Source of the DNA: a virus
Lineage: Duplodnaviria > Heunggongvirae > Uroviricota > Caudoviricetes
Reading direction: 5' to 3' (one strand)
DNA length: 64,000 nt
IMG/VR virus record: IMGVR_UViG_2925891887_000001
The translations under genes and the position numbers were made by a program. The notes under the pieces are model-generated. The model was given only the letters and a program-made list of their open reading frames with translations. It was not told where the DNA came from and made no database searches. Shown here in pieces: positions 16,449 to 25,893 of this stretch. Every line of letters starts with the position of its first letter. Positions within the stretch are counted from its first letter, which is position 1.

Positions 16449-18134
16449 ATGAATACAGCCCTTTCCATCATCGACGATGCCAGCTCAAACACGGCTATCG
16501 ACTATCGTCAGGAAATGAATGTCATCCACGAAATCGTGGCCGAGTGCGAGAAAGAGATCGCCTTCATGTATCAGGTACACGACTTCGTTTATGGCGACGA
16601 ACGCCACAACATGATTAATCGCCTGCTGAGACTAAACCATCGACCAGATGAAGATCGCTCGCGTTTAAATCGAGGTTGGTTGGATAAAGTCGATCTGGAA
16701 TGGGTGAAACAGAATATTTGGGCCGAGTACTGGAGGAAGGTCACGGACATGACTAACGTTTTGCTGATCATGCCAGCTTCCCGTCGAGATGAGTGGCGCG
16801 AGCAGTTTATAGAGGGCAAACAGGAAGTCATCAAAACTGACAGAACCGGCTACCAGATGAAGGTTAAAGAGTTCGTTGGTGTACCGGAGTTCAAAGCAGA
16901 AACGGTCATACCCACGATGCTTAATTTGCTGAATGACAGGCACAAATATCTCTCTGAGCGCGTGTATGGCTTGTTTAAGGCGCTGAGTCCTGCGCACAAG
17001 ACAAATAAGACAAACGGTTTCAGCGAGCGGCTGATAATCGCTGACTGCATTTCTGATTTCTGGCGGGACAGCGTTAGCGTGAACTATCGCAAAGAGGACT
17101 ACATCGACGATCTGCGTGTCTTGCTTCATTTCTTCGCGCACAAAGAATTTATTACCATCAATCGCACTGCTGAGGTGCTATCAGCTGCGTATCGGGCAAA
17201 CGACTGCCAGACCGGTGACTGGATGAACGTCGATGGAAATCTGATGCGCGTGAAGATGTTCAAGAACGGCAACGTTCACTTTGAAATACATCCTGACGTG
17301 GCCTGGAAGTTGAATGAGGTGCTGGCTTACAGTATGCCTGCTGCAATCCCCGCGCCATGTCGCACCGCGCCAAAAACACGGGCACCAAAGCAGTTCGGGT
17401 TAATCCAGAAGACGATCTCCGTGCCGGTTCGCACTGCGCTTCGTGACGGGCGATTGAGCAAAGACAAAGGCGTATGGTACTTCTCTGATTCAGCTCTCCA
17501 GAAGTCGCAGGTGGAAGAGCTTGAGCGCACACTGAGCTTCATTGGCGGCGTGCAGGAGAAAAAACACTGGCAGTTCCCGTATGAGATCGGCCATACGCTA
17601 AATACGATTGTGGCTACCGGATTAATACCGGATACAAAATCACACCAGTTCTACCCTACCCCACGCTTGATTGCTGAGTACGTTGCCAGAGCCACTGAAT
17701 TGAAGTCTGGTGAGAAGCTGCTGGAGCCTCAAGCCGGACGTGGGGATCTTCTGGCCTATATCAACGCCGATCTGGAAGATGTTACCTGCATAGAAATCGC
17801 ACCTCTCTTCGCTGATATCCTGCGCGGAAAAGGGTATACGAACACGATTTGCTGCGACTTCATAAAGTGGTCTGAGGACAACGTAGGTTATCAGTTCGAC
17901 AAAATCGTTATGAACCCGCCGTACTCGCTTGGTCGTCATAGAGAGCACACGCTGGCTGCGCTGGGGCATCTGAAAGTCGGCGGGCGTCTTGTAGCAGTAT
18001 TGCCGGGCACTGCGCCAATACTGGACTGGATGACGATGGATAATTACGTTTATGCCAGAGGGAAGTCGTTTACCAACGAGTTTGAAGACACAGGGATCAC
18101 AGTCAGCGTATACGTTTTCAAACGCGTTAAATGA
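16449..18134 (+). CDS. N6-adenine DNA methyltransferase with an N-terminal domain of about 400 aa of unknown function
   Basis: C-terminal SAM motif LLEPQAGRGDLL and catalytic IVMNPPYS. The N-terminal two thirds have no motif I recognise. Confidence 0.7.
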   Translation: MNTALSIIDDASSNTAIDYRQEMNVIHEIVAECEKEIAFMYQVHDFVYGDERHNMINRLLRLNHRPDEDRSRLNRGWLDKVDLEWVKQNIWAEYWRKVTDMTNVLLIMPASRRDEWREQFIEGKQEVIKTDRTGYQMKVKEFVGVPEFKAETVIPTMLNLLNDRHKYLSERVYGLFKALSPAHKTNKTNGFSERLIIADCISDFWRDSVSVNYRKEDYIDDLRVLLHFFAHKEFITINRTAEVLSAAYRANDCQTGDWMNVDGNLMRVKMFKNGNVHFEIHPDVAWKLNEVLAYSMPAAIPAPCRTAPKTRAPKQFGLIQKTISVPVRTALRDGRLSKDKGVWYFSDSALQKSQVEELERTLSFIGGVQEKKHWQFPYEIGHTLNTIVATGLIPDTKSHQFYPTPRLIAEYVARATELKSGEKLLEPQAGRGDLLAYINADLEDVTCIEIAPLFADILRGKGYTNTICCDFIKWSEDNVGYQFDKIVMNPPYSLGRHREHTLAALGHLKVGGRLVAVLPGTAPILDWMTMDNYVYARGKSFTNEFEDTGITVSVYVFKRVK

Positions 18135-18153
18135 TAGGTAAATACTTACTTAG
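18133..18153. repeat. GTAAGTA-type palindrome (GATAGGTAAATACTTACTTAG)
   Basis: Overlaps the stop codon of the methyltransferase gene. Confidence 0.65.
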
Positions 18154-18194
18154 TTTATGTAAGAATGTAGTAACTAAACGATAAGAGAAAACAC

Positions 18195-18899
18195 ATGAGC
18201 AACCTCCAGTTAGAGCATTTTAACGTCACAGGCCATTCCGATTTTCCTTTCAAGTTTACATTGAAAGGTTATGCAGAGGATGCGGTAGGCCAGATCATTA
18301 TTGATAAAGACATCGTTAAGTTTGAGGGGAATTTTGATGAATCCGCGAAAACATTCATAGACTTCGTTGCCAAACGTTGGAGCGAGCAATGGAAAAACCT
18401 GGAAAAGCGCGCCAATGAGTTTGATCGGTTCATGGATGCAATGGATACAGCAAAAGAGGCTCTTGATGCCGGGACTCCGTTAGATCTGGAGTCACTTTTC
18501 AACGGCGAAGTGGCCTCTGCGATGTTCGCCACCATGTTCGCGGGTGAGTTCGTCCGCAGCGGTGCCAAAAACTACCTTGAGCTGGATTACAACGTCCCTG
18601 CAATTGGCGATTTCGTCGTTACCATCCAACGCAAAGAAGGTAAGACGCCAGGTGAACGCGTCGCAGAGCTTGAGGCCGTTGTGGATCAGCGTAACGGAGA
18701 GTGTGACCGTTTGATCAACGAGCTTCATGCACTTCGGGAAGAAAGAATATGTGCGGGTAGCAATACACGTAATGCAGCGGATATCTACTTCCAGTTAGTT
18801 GAGGAATGCCAGATTCCACCAGGTGGCTCTCTTGTCGATTACGTCAGACATTTAATGGCGGAAGTTAACTCCAGCCATAAAGATGGTGAGGTGCGCTGA
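18195..18899 (+). CDS. hypothetical protein (234 aa)
   Basis: ORF with the AGAGAAAACACATG leader. Confidence 0.55.
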   Translation: MSNLQLEHFNVTGHSDFPFKFTLKGYAEDAVGQIIIDKDIVKFEGNFDESAKTFIDFVAKRWSEQWKNLEKRANEFDRFMDAMDTAKEALDAGTPLDLESLFNGEVASAMFATMFAGEFVRSGAKNYLELDYNVPAIGDFVVTIQRKEGKTPGERVAELEAVVDQRNGECDRLINELHALREERICAGSNTRNAADIYFQLVEECQIPPGGSLVDYVRHLMAEVNSSHKDGEVR

Positions 18900-19279
18900 T
18901 GTTTGGCATTGACGCACAGCGTATAGCCGCTTTTGCAAAAAGCCCTCTTGATAATCCCTTGTCTCGTAGTGAGCAAATGGAGCTGGCAAGGCTTTTTATT
19001 CACATTCAAAAACAGGCAGACGTTTTCAATAACATGCCTAATCAACCTATTCTGGATGGTCACATCCAGATGGTCATTAACAGTCATGAGAAAGGCTGGG
19101 CTGCAATCGTCCCCTGCACAATTACATACAGGTTGGCGAAAGAGGTTCAAGAGTTTCGAAAAGCCAGTGTCGAATCGGAGTCTACCAAAGCCGCAATAAA
19201 CACTCTTATTCGCATGGGGTTCACATGGACCGGTGGAGCCTACTGGCAAGCACCTCACCCCATTTTATCCGGCAATTAG
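18899..19279 (+). CDS. hypothetical protein (126 aa)
   Basis: ATG overlaps the upstream stop (TGATG). Confidence 0.5.
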   Translation: MFGIDAQRIAAFAKSPLDNPLSRSEQMELARLFIHIQKQADVFNNMPNQPILDGHIQMVINSHEKGWAAIVPCTITYRLAKEVQEFRKASVESESTKAAINTLIRMGFTWTGGAYWQAPHPILSGN

Positions 19280-19330
19280 ACGCTACAAATCCTTCGGCAT
19301 GAATAAATAAAGGCCATAAGTTGTGGCCTT

Positions 19331-19390
19331 AAATAAATTGTTTTCTACCTTTTCTTATTTGTGAAAATAACCACAACTAGAAAACAACGG
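19331..19390 (+). promoter_or_regulatory. promoter cassette with upstream and downstream operator elements
   Basis: AAATAAATTGTTTTCT (19331-19346), extended -10 TGTGAAAAT (19360-19368), TAGAAAACAACGG (19378-19390). Paralogous to 22953-23017 and 27992-28028. Confidence 0.55.
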
Positions 19391-19398
19391 AGTTAAGA

Positions 19399-19441
19399 AT
19401 GTCTAGTATTTCCGAAGCTCATATGTTCGCCGCTGGCGCTC
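19399..19441 (+). pseudogene. phage ORF truncated after 14 codons by an IS1 end
   Basis: ATG 19399 follows GGAG. MSSISEAHMFAAGAR runs straight into the IS1 terminal repeat at 19442. Confidence 0.6.
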
Positions 19442-19568
19442 GGTGATGCTGCCAACTTACTGATTTAGTGTATGATGGTGTTTTTGAGGTGCTCCAGTGG
19501 CTTCTGTTTCTATCAGCTGTCCCTCCTGTTCAGCTACTGACGGGGTGGTGCGTAACGGCAAAAGCACC
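19442..19568 (+). mobile_element. IS1 left-end fragment (127 bp: IRL plus first 24 codons of insA)
   Basis: Exact reverse complement of 55086-55212, the end of the complete IS1 in this window. Starts GGTGATGCTGCCAACTTACTGAT. Similarity stops after AAAGCACC. Confidence 0.95.
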
Positions 19569-19577
19569 ACCTTTTTA

Positions 19578-20678
19578 TCACACTGCGCGGAATGCGATTT
19601 CGCCAGGTATTACTTCACCTTGCCAATACATTTGGGCAGCAACGCGATCTGCGAGGTCACGATAAATAGCCGTAAATTCACTATCTGGACGACTAATAAC
19701 GGTTGGTGTTCCGTTATCCAGATCTTCACGAAGAGAGATATGAAGTGGCATTTGGCCTAACAACTGCGTGTTGTATTTCTCGGCCAGTTTCTGTGCGCCA
19801 CCGGTGCCAAAAATTGGCTCGTGATGACCGCAGTTACTGCAAATATGCACACTCATGTTTTCAACGATACCCAGTACCGGCACTTCGACTTTTTCGAACA
19901 TCACAATGCCTTTCTTCGCATCGATCAGCGCGATGTCTTGCGGCGTAGTTACCACAACCGCACCAGTTACAGGAATGTTCTGCGCCAGCGTCAATTGAAT
20001 ATCACCAGTGCCCGGTGGCATATCGAGAACGAGATAGTCCAGATCAGGCCACAGTGTTTCCTGCAACATCTGCATCAGCGCCTTGCTGGCCATCGGTCCA
20101 CGCCACACCATTGCATTGTCGTCGGTGACCAGATAACCAATAGAGTTGGTTGCCAGGCCATGAGACATGATAGGTGCCATGTGAGTACCGTCCGGTGAGG
20201 TTGGACGTTGGTTTTCCGCGCCCAGCATGGTTGGAATTGATGGACCATAGATATCGGCATCCAAAATACCAACTTTCGCACCTTCAGCAGCCAACGCCAG
20301 TGCCAGGTTTACCGCCGTGGAGGATTTACCCACGCCGCCCTTGCCCGAGCTGACGGCGATAATGTTCTTAACGCCATTAATGCCTGGTTGGTTTTTGACG
20401 CGCTTAAGCGTGGCAATGTTGTACGACAGCTTCCAGTCAATAGCCTTTGCGCCAGTGATACGGAGCAGATCACCACTACATTGCTCTTTCAGGTCTTCAA
20501 AAGGCTTATTCCACACGAAAGGCATGATTAGTTCGACATGCAGTGTGTCATCCATCAACGCAACATGGTGTAACGCTTTAAGCGTAGTCAGGTTGTGTTT
20601 CAGGGTTGGGTGCTGAAAATTAGCCAGCGTACCGGCTACCATTGCTCTCAGGGCATCCGGCGATTTGGACTCGCTCAT
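19578..20678 (-). CDS. mrp: Mrp/ApbC Fe-S cluster carrier ATPase (host chromosomal gene)
   Basis: 366 aa. Deviant Walker [10 protein letters not shown] and CSNCGH motif. Nearly collinear with enterobacterial Mrp/ApbC as I recall it. Divergent from metG, as on the chromosome. Confidence 0.9.
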   Translation of the reverse strand: MSESKSPDALRAMVAGTLANFQHPTLKHNLTTLKALHHVALMDDTLHVELIMPFVWNKPFEDLKEQCSGDLLRITGAKAIDWKLSYNIATLKRVKNQPGINGVKNIIAVSSGKGGVGKSSTAVNLALALAAEGAKVGILDADIYGPSIPTMLGAENQRPTSPDGTHMAPIMSHGLATNSIGYLVTDDNAMVWRGPMASKALMQMLQETLWPDLDYLVLDMPPGTGDIQLTLAQNIPVTGAVVVTTPQDIALIDAKKGIVMFEKVEVPVLGIVENMSVHICSNCGHHEPIFGTGGAQKLAEKYNTQLLGQMPLHISLREDLDNGTPTVISRPDSEFTAIYRDLADRVAAQMYWQGEVIPGEIAFRAV

Positions 20679-20835
20679 CCCGTCTCCTTTATTTTAATTT
20701 GCGCAATTGTCGCCTTGTAGTGTACTCCAGCTACGACATTTAATCATTTATGAGAAATGCTGTTATCACATGGCAGACATAAGGCCATTTTGTTACTATC
20801 AAGCCCCTTTTCACTACAAAGAAGTAATGCCTACT

Positions 20836-22869
20836 ATGACCCAAGTCGCGAAGAAAATTCTGGTGACGTGCGCGCTGCCGTACGCTAACGGCTCAATCCA
20901 CCTCGGCCATATGCTGGAGCACATCCAGGCTGATGTCTGGGTTCGTTACCAGCGAATGCGCGGCCACGAGGTTAATTTCATCTGTGCCGACGATGCCCAC
21001 GGTACGCCGATCATGCTGAAAGCACAGCAGCTTGGTATCACACCGGAGCAGATGATTGGCGAAATGAGTCAGGAACACCAGACTGATTTCGCAGGCTTTA
21101 ACATCAGCTATGACAACTATCACTCGACGCACAGCGAAGAGAACCGTCAGTTGTCTGAGCTTATCTATACTCGCCTGAAAGAGAACGGTTTTATTAAAAA
21201 CCGTACTATCTCTCAGTTGTACGACCCGGAAAAAGGCATGTTCCTGCCGGATCGTTTTGTGAAAGGCACCTGCCCGAAATGTAAATCCCCGGATCAATAC
21301 GGCGATAACTGCGAAGTCTGCGGCGCGACCTACAGCCCGACTGAATTGATCGAGCCGAAATCGGTGGTTTCTGGTGCTACCCCGGTAATGCGTGATTCTG
21401 AACACTTCTTCTTTGATCTGCCCTCTTTCAGCGAAATGTTGCAGGCATGGACCCGCAGCGGTGCGTTGCAGGAGCAGGTGGCAAATAAAATGCAGGAGTG
21501 GTTTGAATCCGGCCTGCAACAGTGGGATATCTCCCGCGACGCGCCATACTTTGGTTTTGAAATTCCGAACGCGCCGGGCAAATATTTCTACGTCTGGCTG
21601 GACGCACCGATTGGCTACATGGGTTCTTTCAAGAATCTGTGCGACAAGCGCGGCGACAGCGTAAGCTTCGATGAATACTGGAAGAAAGACTCCACCGCCG
21701 AGCTGTACCACTTCATCGGTAAAGATATCGTTTACTTCCACAGCCTGTTCTGGCCTGCCATGCTGGAAGGCAGCAACTTCCGCAAGCCGACCAACCTGTT
21801 TGTTCATGGCTATGTGACGGTGAACGGCGCGAAGATGTCCAAGTCTCGCGGCACCTTTATTAAAGCCAGCACCTGGCTGAATCATTTTGACGCTGACAGC
21901 CTGCGTTACTACTACACTGCGAAACTCTCTTCGCGCATTGATGATATCGATCTCAACCTGGAGGATTTCGTTCAGCGCGTGAATGCCGATATCGTGAACA
22001 AAGTGGTTAACCTGGCGTCCCGTAACGCTGGCTTTATCAATAAGCGTTTTGACGGTGTGCTGGCAAGCGAGCTGGCTGACCCGCAGTTGTACAAAACCTT
22101 CACTGATGCCGCTGAAGTGATTGGTGAAGCGTGGGAAAGCCGCGAATTTGGTAAAGCTATCCGTGAAATCATGGCACTGGCTGACCTGGCTAACCGCTAT
22201 GTCGACGAGCAGGCTCCTTGGGTAGTCGCAAAACAGGAAGGTCGCGATGCTGACCTGCAGGCGATTTGCTCAATGGGCATCAACCTGTTCCGCGTGCTGA
22301 TGACTTACCTGAAACCGGTACTGCCGAAACTGACAGAACGTGCGGAAGCATTCCTGAATACGGAACTGACCTGGGATGGCATCCAGCAACCGCTGCTGGG
22401 CCATAAAGTGAATCCGTTCAAAGCACTGTATAACCGTATCGACATGAAACAGGTGGAAGCATTGGTGGAAGCGTCTAAAGAAGAAGTGAAAGCTACTGCC
22501 GCGCCAGTTACTGGCCCGCTGGCAGACGACCCGATTCAGGAAACCATCACCTTTGACGACTTTGCCAAAGTTGACCTGCGCGTGGCACTGATCGAAAACG
22601 CAGAGTTTGTTGAAGGTTCTGACAAACTGCTGCGCCTGACGCTGGATCTCGGCGGTGAAAAACGCAATGTCTTCTCAGGCATCCGTTCTGCTTATCCAGA
22701 CCCACAGGCACTGATTGGTCGTCACACCATTATGGTGGCTAACCTGGCTCCGCGTAAGATGCGCTTCGGCATCTCCGAAGGTATGGTGATGGCTGCTGGC
22801 CCCGGCGGGAAAGATATCTTCCTGTTAAGCCCGGATGCTGGTGCTAAACCTGGCCACCAGGTTAAGTAA
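20836..22869 (+). CDS. metG: methionyl-tRNA synthetase (host chromosomal gene)
   Basis: [25 protein letters not shown] (HLGH), [17 protein letters not shown] zinc knuckle, KMSKS, C-terminal tRNA-binding domain. The listed start at 20707 is an upstream in-frame extension. Confidence 0.95.
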   Translation: MTQVAKKILVTCALPYANGSIHLGHMLEHIQADVWVRYQRMRGHEVNFICADDAHGTPIMLKAQQLGITPEQMIGEMSQEHQTDFAGFNISYDNYHSTHSEENRQLSELIYTRLKENGFIKNRTISQLYDPEKGMFLPDRFVKGTCPKCKSPDQYGDNCEVCGATYSPTELIEPKSVVSGATPVMRDSEHFFFDLPSFSEMLQAWTRSGALQEQVANKMQEWFESGLQQWDISRDAPYFGFEIPNAPGKYFYVWLDAPIGYMGSFKNLCDKRGDSVSFDEYWKKDSTAELYHFIGKDIVYFHSLFWPAMLEGSNFRKPTNLFVHGYVTVNGAKMSKSRGTFIKASTWLNHFDADSLRYYYTAKLSSRIDDIDLNLEDFVQRVNADIVNKVVNLASRNAGFINKRFDGVLASELADPQLYKTFTDAAEVIGEAWESREFGKAIREIMALADLANRYVDEQAPWVVAKQEGRDADLQAICSMGINLFRVLMTYLKPVLPKLTERAEAFLNTELTWDGIQQPLLGHKVNPFKALYNRIDMKQVEALVEASKEEVKATAAPVTGPLADDPIQETITFDDFAKVDLRVALIENAEFVEGSDKLLRLTLDLGGEKRNVFSGIRSAYPDPQALIGRHTIMVANLAPRKMRFGISEGMVMAAGPGGKDIFLLSPDAGAKPGHQVK

Positions 22870-22891
22870 TTAAGCAACCTCTGTTCGCAAT

Positions 22892-22916
22892 GCCCGGCAA
22901 CACGCTGGGCATTTTC
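22892..22916 (+). terminator. metG terminator
   Basis: GCCCGGC/GCTGGGC stem (one G-U pair), 5-nt loop, ATTTT tail. Confidence 0.6.
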
Positions 22917-22952
22917 ATATAGACACAATCCCTCCTGATTTACACAAGCCTT

Positions 22953-23017
22953 AAAACAATTTGTTTTCTACCTTTTGTTGATTGAGATAATAAGCCACAT
23001 AAGAAAACAAATTGTTT
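22953..23017 (+). promoter_or_regulatory. promoter cassette with two operator palindromes
   Basis: AAAACAATTTGTTTT (22953-22967, perfect), extended -10 TGAGATAAT (22983-22991), AAACAAATTGTTT (23005-23017). Confidence 0.6.
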
Positions 23018-23030
23018 CGGAGTGGTTGAA

Positions 23031-23330
23031 ATGTTGAACATTACCCAAGCCTACCAGGTGGCATTGATCAGTTCATCTCATACATCAGAGGAAGATGCTC
23101 GCCGATTCATGATCGCAAGCAATGAGCTGGATTGGGTTTCACAAATTGATGGCGGTTGTATTGTCCACGCCGGGTTACAGGATGATGTCTGGAAAGACGA
23201 CTTGCGTCGATATGGTATATCCGAAGGCGCGATTGCTAACATTCAGAAAGTACTTGATGTAGGCTTTGACTCTGTACATTTTGATTGTGGTGCGCCGATC
23301 GTTGAAGGGCTTGAGTGCTGGTGTTGGTAG
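23031..23330 (+). CDS. hypothetical protein (99 aa)
   Basis: ATG 23031 follows GGAGTGG. Confidence 0.5.
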   Translation: MLNITQAYQVALISSSHTSEEDARRFMIASNELDWVSQIDGGCIVHAGLQDDVWKDDLRRYGISEGAIANIQKVLDVGFDSVHFDCGAPIVEGLECWCW

Positions 23331-23461
23331 AGTGTATAAGCGGATCAATGAGTTACGGAAACAGTTAATAATGAGGAGCTTGTAATAAGCTGTATACCCT
23401 AGAAAAGCTAGACTAGGGAATAAAATGACGTGAAACTGGGCGAGACAGTAAATAATTCCGA

Positions 23462-24691
23462 ATGATAATTGAACAAATAACCCCTTGCTCGGAGCTTGGA
23501 ATGACTGATACCGCTTTTTCAAAATCGTTACAAAAAGAAGTCGATCCTGAGCAGTACTTGGCGCTAAAGAATTTAGATGACAGCTCGGTTCATGCTATTG
23601 CCCGTGACGATATCATCTGCCCCATTTGCAAAGTTGGAGGTGGTTCGTTCGTTAGAGCCACTAGGAATGGTGGCTATCACAAGAAGGCGCATTTCAGATT
23701 TACCGGTGAAGATGGTCAAGGCCATCATCCATCATGTGATTTCTATGGAGATAGACTAACATCTGAGGTGAAGCAGCACCTTGTCTCATTCACAAAAGAT
23801 CGAACAAAGTATTCGCAGGTAATACGAAAGCTGGTCTGTGCCGGCATACAGGAAGGGATATTTACTCAAGAAAAAATGTGGCAGATGAGGGAATGGTTCT
23901 TCAATAAGCGAAAGGATTCCACATTTGAAATATGGTTAGAAAGCGAGCATTTAGACTGGCTTTATTATATTAGTGGGTTACGTGATGCATATCTAGCATG
24001 GACAACTCCTGATATTCTACCTTTCGCGCCCATTCAGGTTACTGTGCCTGGTTTTTCTTGGAAGCGTGCGATTGACAAAGAGGTGCTAAGAGTTCACATC
24101 AAGACTCTCCAGCAATTGCGTGAAATTTCAGTCTCACATAGAGACATTGCTGTAATCTTAGAACACATAAACAATAATCGTGACCGCACAATTCTCGATC
24201 CATCGCATTTGGAGGACGAGATAAGTAAGACCTGTAAGCTTACTAGTTTTGTGATGGGCAATTACATTGAGTTTCAGACAAAAACGGTTAGCGACAGAGC
24301 ATACGGGGAAGCTAAGTTTCTGGCATTTGCAGCACTTTTGTTGTTCGTGTCAGATTGGGACCTCAACATTGCTATTGGTAAGTTTTCTAAGATTGCCAGA
24401 GTGAAGGAGGTTGATGACATGCTGGCTGGTAATTTCATTGGTCTTAATCCTTACTTCCGATACGACCTGGCTAATGCAGTGAAGAGATTGCAGGATAACT
24501 GGCCGATTGAATACCAAGAGTTGGAGCATTGGAATGTTGAGAAATCCATGCGTGACGCATATGAAAAGTGGCGTGCGACAGAGCCTGAATTCGCTCCACC
24601 CCTATTGCCAGACTTGTATATTGCCAAACATGAGAAAGAAGTCGCACAAGACGAGCAAGTCAGGCAGTGGATTAAGAACGGGGATGTTTGA
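23462..24691 (+). CDS. hypothetical protein with an N-terminal Cys/His zinc-ribbon-like motif (409 aa)
   Basis: CPICKVGGGSF...HKKAHFRFTGEDGQGHHPSCD. Lower GC than its surroundings. The start is uncertain, with an alternative ATG near 23501 after GGAG. Confidence 0.55.
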   Translation: MIIEQITPCSELGMTDTAFSKSLQKEVDPEQYLALKNLDDSSVHAIARDDIICPICKVGGGSFVRATRNGGYHKKAHFRFTGEDGQGHHPSCDFYGDRLTSEVKQHLVSFTKDRTKYSQVIRKLVCAGIQEGIFTQEKMWQMREWFFNKRKDSTFEIWLESEHLDWLYYISGLRDAYLAWTTPDILPFAPIQVTVPGFSWKRAIDKEVLRVHIKTLQQLREISVSHRDIAVILEHINNNRDRTILDPSHLEDEISKTCKLTSFVMGNYIEFQTKTVSDRAYGEAKFLAFAALLLFVSDWDLNIAIGKFSKIARVKEVDDMLAGNFIGLNPYFRYDLANAVKRLQDNWPIEYQELEHWNVEKSMRDAYEKWRATEPEFAPPLLPDLYIAKHEKEVAQDEQVRQWIKNGDV

Positions 24692-24820
24692 GTGTAATTA
24701 GCTTAATCAATCAGTTGATAATGGCGGTCACAATTTGATTCTTTTCTATAAGAATCCGTTGATCGCCACTACTCTTCTTCCATACCTGCAATCACACCTT
24801 TAAATATCAATAGGTTAACG

Positions 24821-24850
24821 TTGTTTATACCAATAAGAAAACAACTAAAT
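24821..24850 (+). promoter_or_regulatory. promoter cassette (half operator)
   Basis: TTGTTTATACCAATAAGAAAACAACTAAAT. The AAAACAACTAAATAACA part recurs at 25069-25085. Confidence 0.4.
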
Positions 24851-24898
24851 AACAGATCAACGAAACATCAACGCTTTCACCCGATTTGGTCTAAAAAA

Positions 24899-24927
24899 TT
24901 GACGTTTTCACACATCACTTCTTATAC
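24899..24927 (+). promoter_or_regulatory. sigma70-like promoter
   Basis: TTGACG, a 17-nt spacer, then TTATAC. Confidence 0.4.
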
Positions 24928-25673
24928 CCGTAATTCTACGCAGCAGATAGCGCTACAGCGTCCAAATTTCACCACAGACGACTCAACACACTACCAACAA
25001 AAACACACGCTCAAAATCGCTCCCGTTGCGTTACACAACCATATAAACAACTTATTTTCAGGTATAACAAAACAACTAAATAACACACATGCCATTACCC
25101 AAAACAACCAACCTCTTTATGGCAGGCTACCGAAAAGACCCACCTCTTCTCCCCAGGCTACCGGACAACCAACCTAACTTTCACAGGCAATCCGAAAACA
25201 TTCATACGCGCGATACCCACGACACGCCATTACCCAAACAGCGAAGAAACACCAGAATCACTGAAAACCCAACGAAGCCTGTTACCGCAAGGATTCTCTC
25301 AATCCCAAAAGACACGAAACAGAACAATCACGGGAAACGCCATTACCCAATACACGAATAACTACAAAAGCCTTTCACACACTCCAGACAAACAACTCAA
25401 ACACAATAACGAAAGGAATCGCCCACCTGCCATTACTCCATACACGGAGAAGAACAATCACCAAAACGACGAGAACACCCCATAGAAGAACCACCGCAAA
25501 ACGAACGAAACCACATACACCGACAGAGAGAACAACACACCCAATTCACCAACAGAAATAGTCGCCGTATAGAACGTTCTGGAAGGAGTGAGCATTAACG
25601 CCTATAGAGAGGTTGAGACAGATAAAACACAACATGTATAGCGAAGAAGCCAGGTATGTATAAGTGGGGAGGG

Positions 25674-25697
25674 AAGGAGGGGTGTCGCCTCCTTTTT
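25674..25697 (+). terminator. intrinsic terminator
   Basis: AAGGAGG/CCTCCTT stem, 7-nt loop, T5 run. Confidence 0.65.
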
Positions 25698-25760
25698 CGT
25701 ATTTATTCAACTCCTGATTTTATCCCCCGTAACACCCCTACGGTCAGCCTTCGGTCCATA

Positions 25761-25893
25761 CAGGGAAAAGGTTGCATCCCGCTACAGAAACGGCTGGGTT
25801 GCCTTCGGGGAACGGCTGGAGGTTTTCAGGGAAACGGTCGAGTTGCCTGTGTGGATTTCGGGAAAAGGCTCGATGCCGGTTCAGGAACGGTGG
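25761..25893 (+). repeat. direct-repeat (iteron-like) array 1, six copies of the (C)GGGAAA(A/C)GG(C/T)NG type
   Basis: Copies start at 25761, 25785, 25806, 25827, 25859 and 25882, with spacings of 24, 21, 21, 32 and 23 nt. Confidence 0.75.

Larger units (their letters stand above)
24835..25697 (+). ncRNA. candidate long C/A-rich non-coding transcript
   Basis: Promoter-like elements at the 5' side and a terminator at 25674-25697. Extreme strand asymmetry: a hand count of 25441-25560 gives 7 T and 17 G in 120 nt. GCCATTACCC recurs three times, plus one variant copy. Only low-complexity ORFs are present. Confidence 0.35.

Noticed and set aside
19497-19760. 87-aa ORF beginning with the InsA N-terminus
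   Set aside because: It is a chimeric read-through from the 127-bp IS1 fragment into the antisense strand of mrp. It is an artefact of the junction, not a gene.
20893-21885. 330-aa ORF on the minus strand inside metG
   Set aside because: It is fully antisense to a strongly supported MetRS gene. It has an Arg/Ala/Val-rich shadow-frame composition and no RBS.
25761-25893. Repeat arrays considered as a CRISPR array
   Set aside because: The repeat units are only about 12-14 nt, degenerate and irregularly spaced by 21-32 nt. No cas genes are present.
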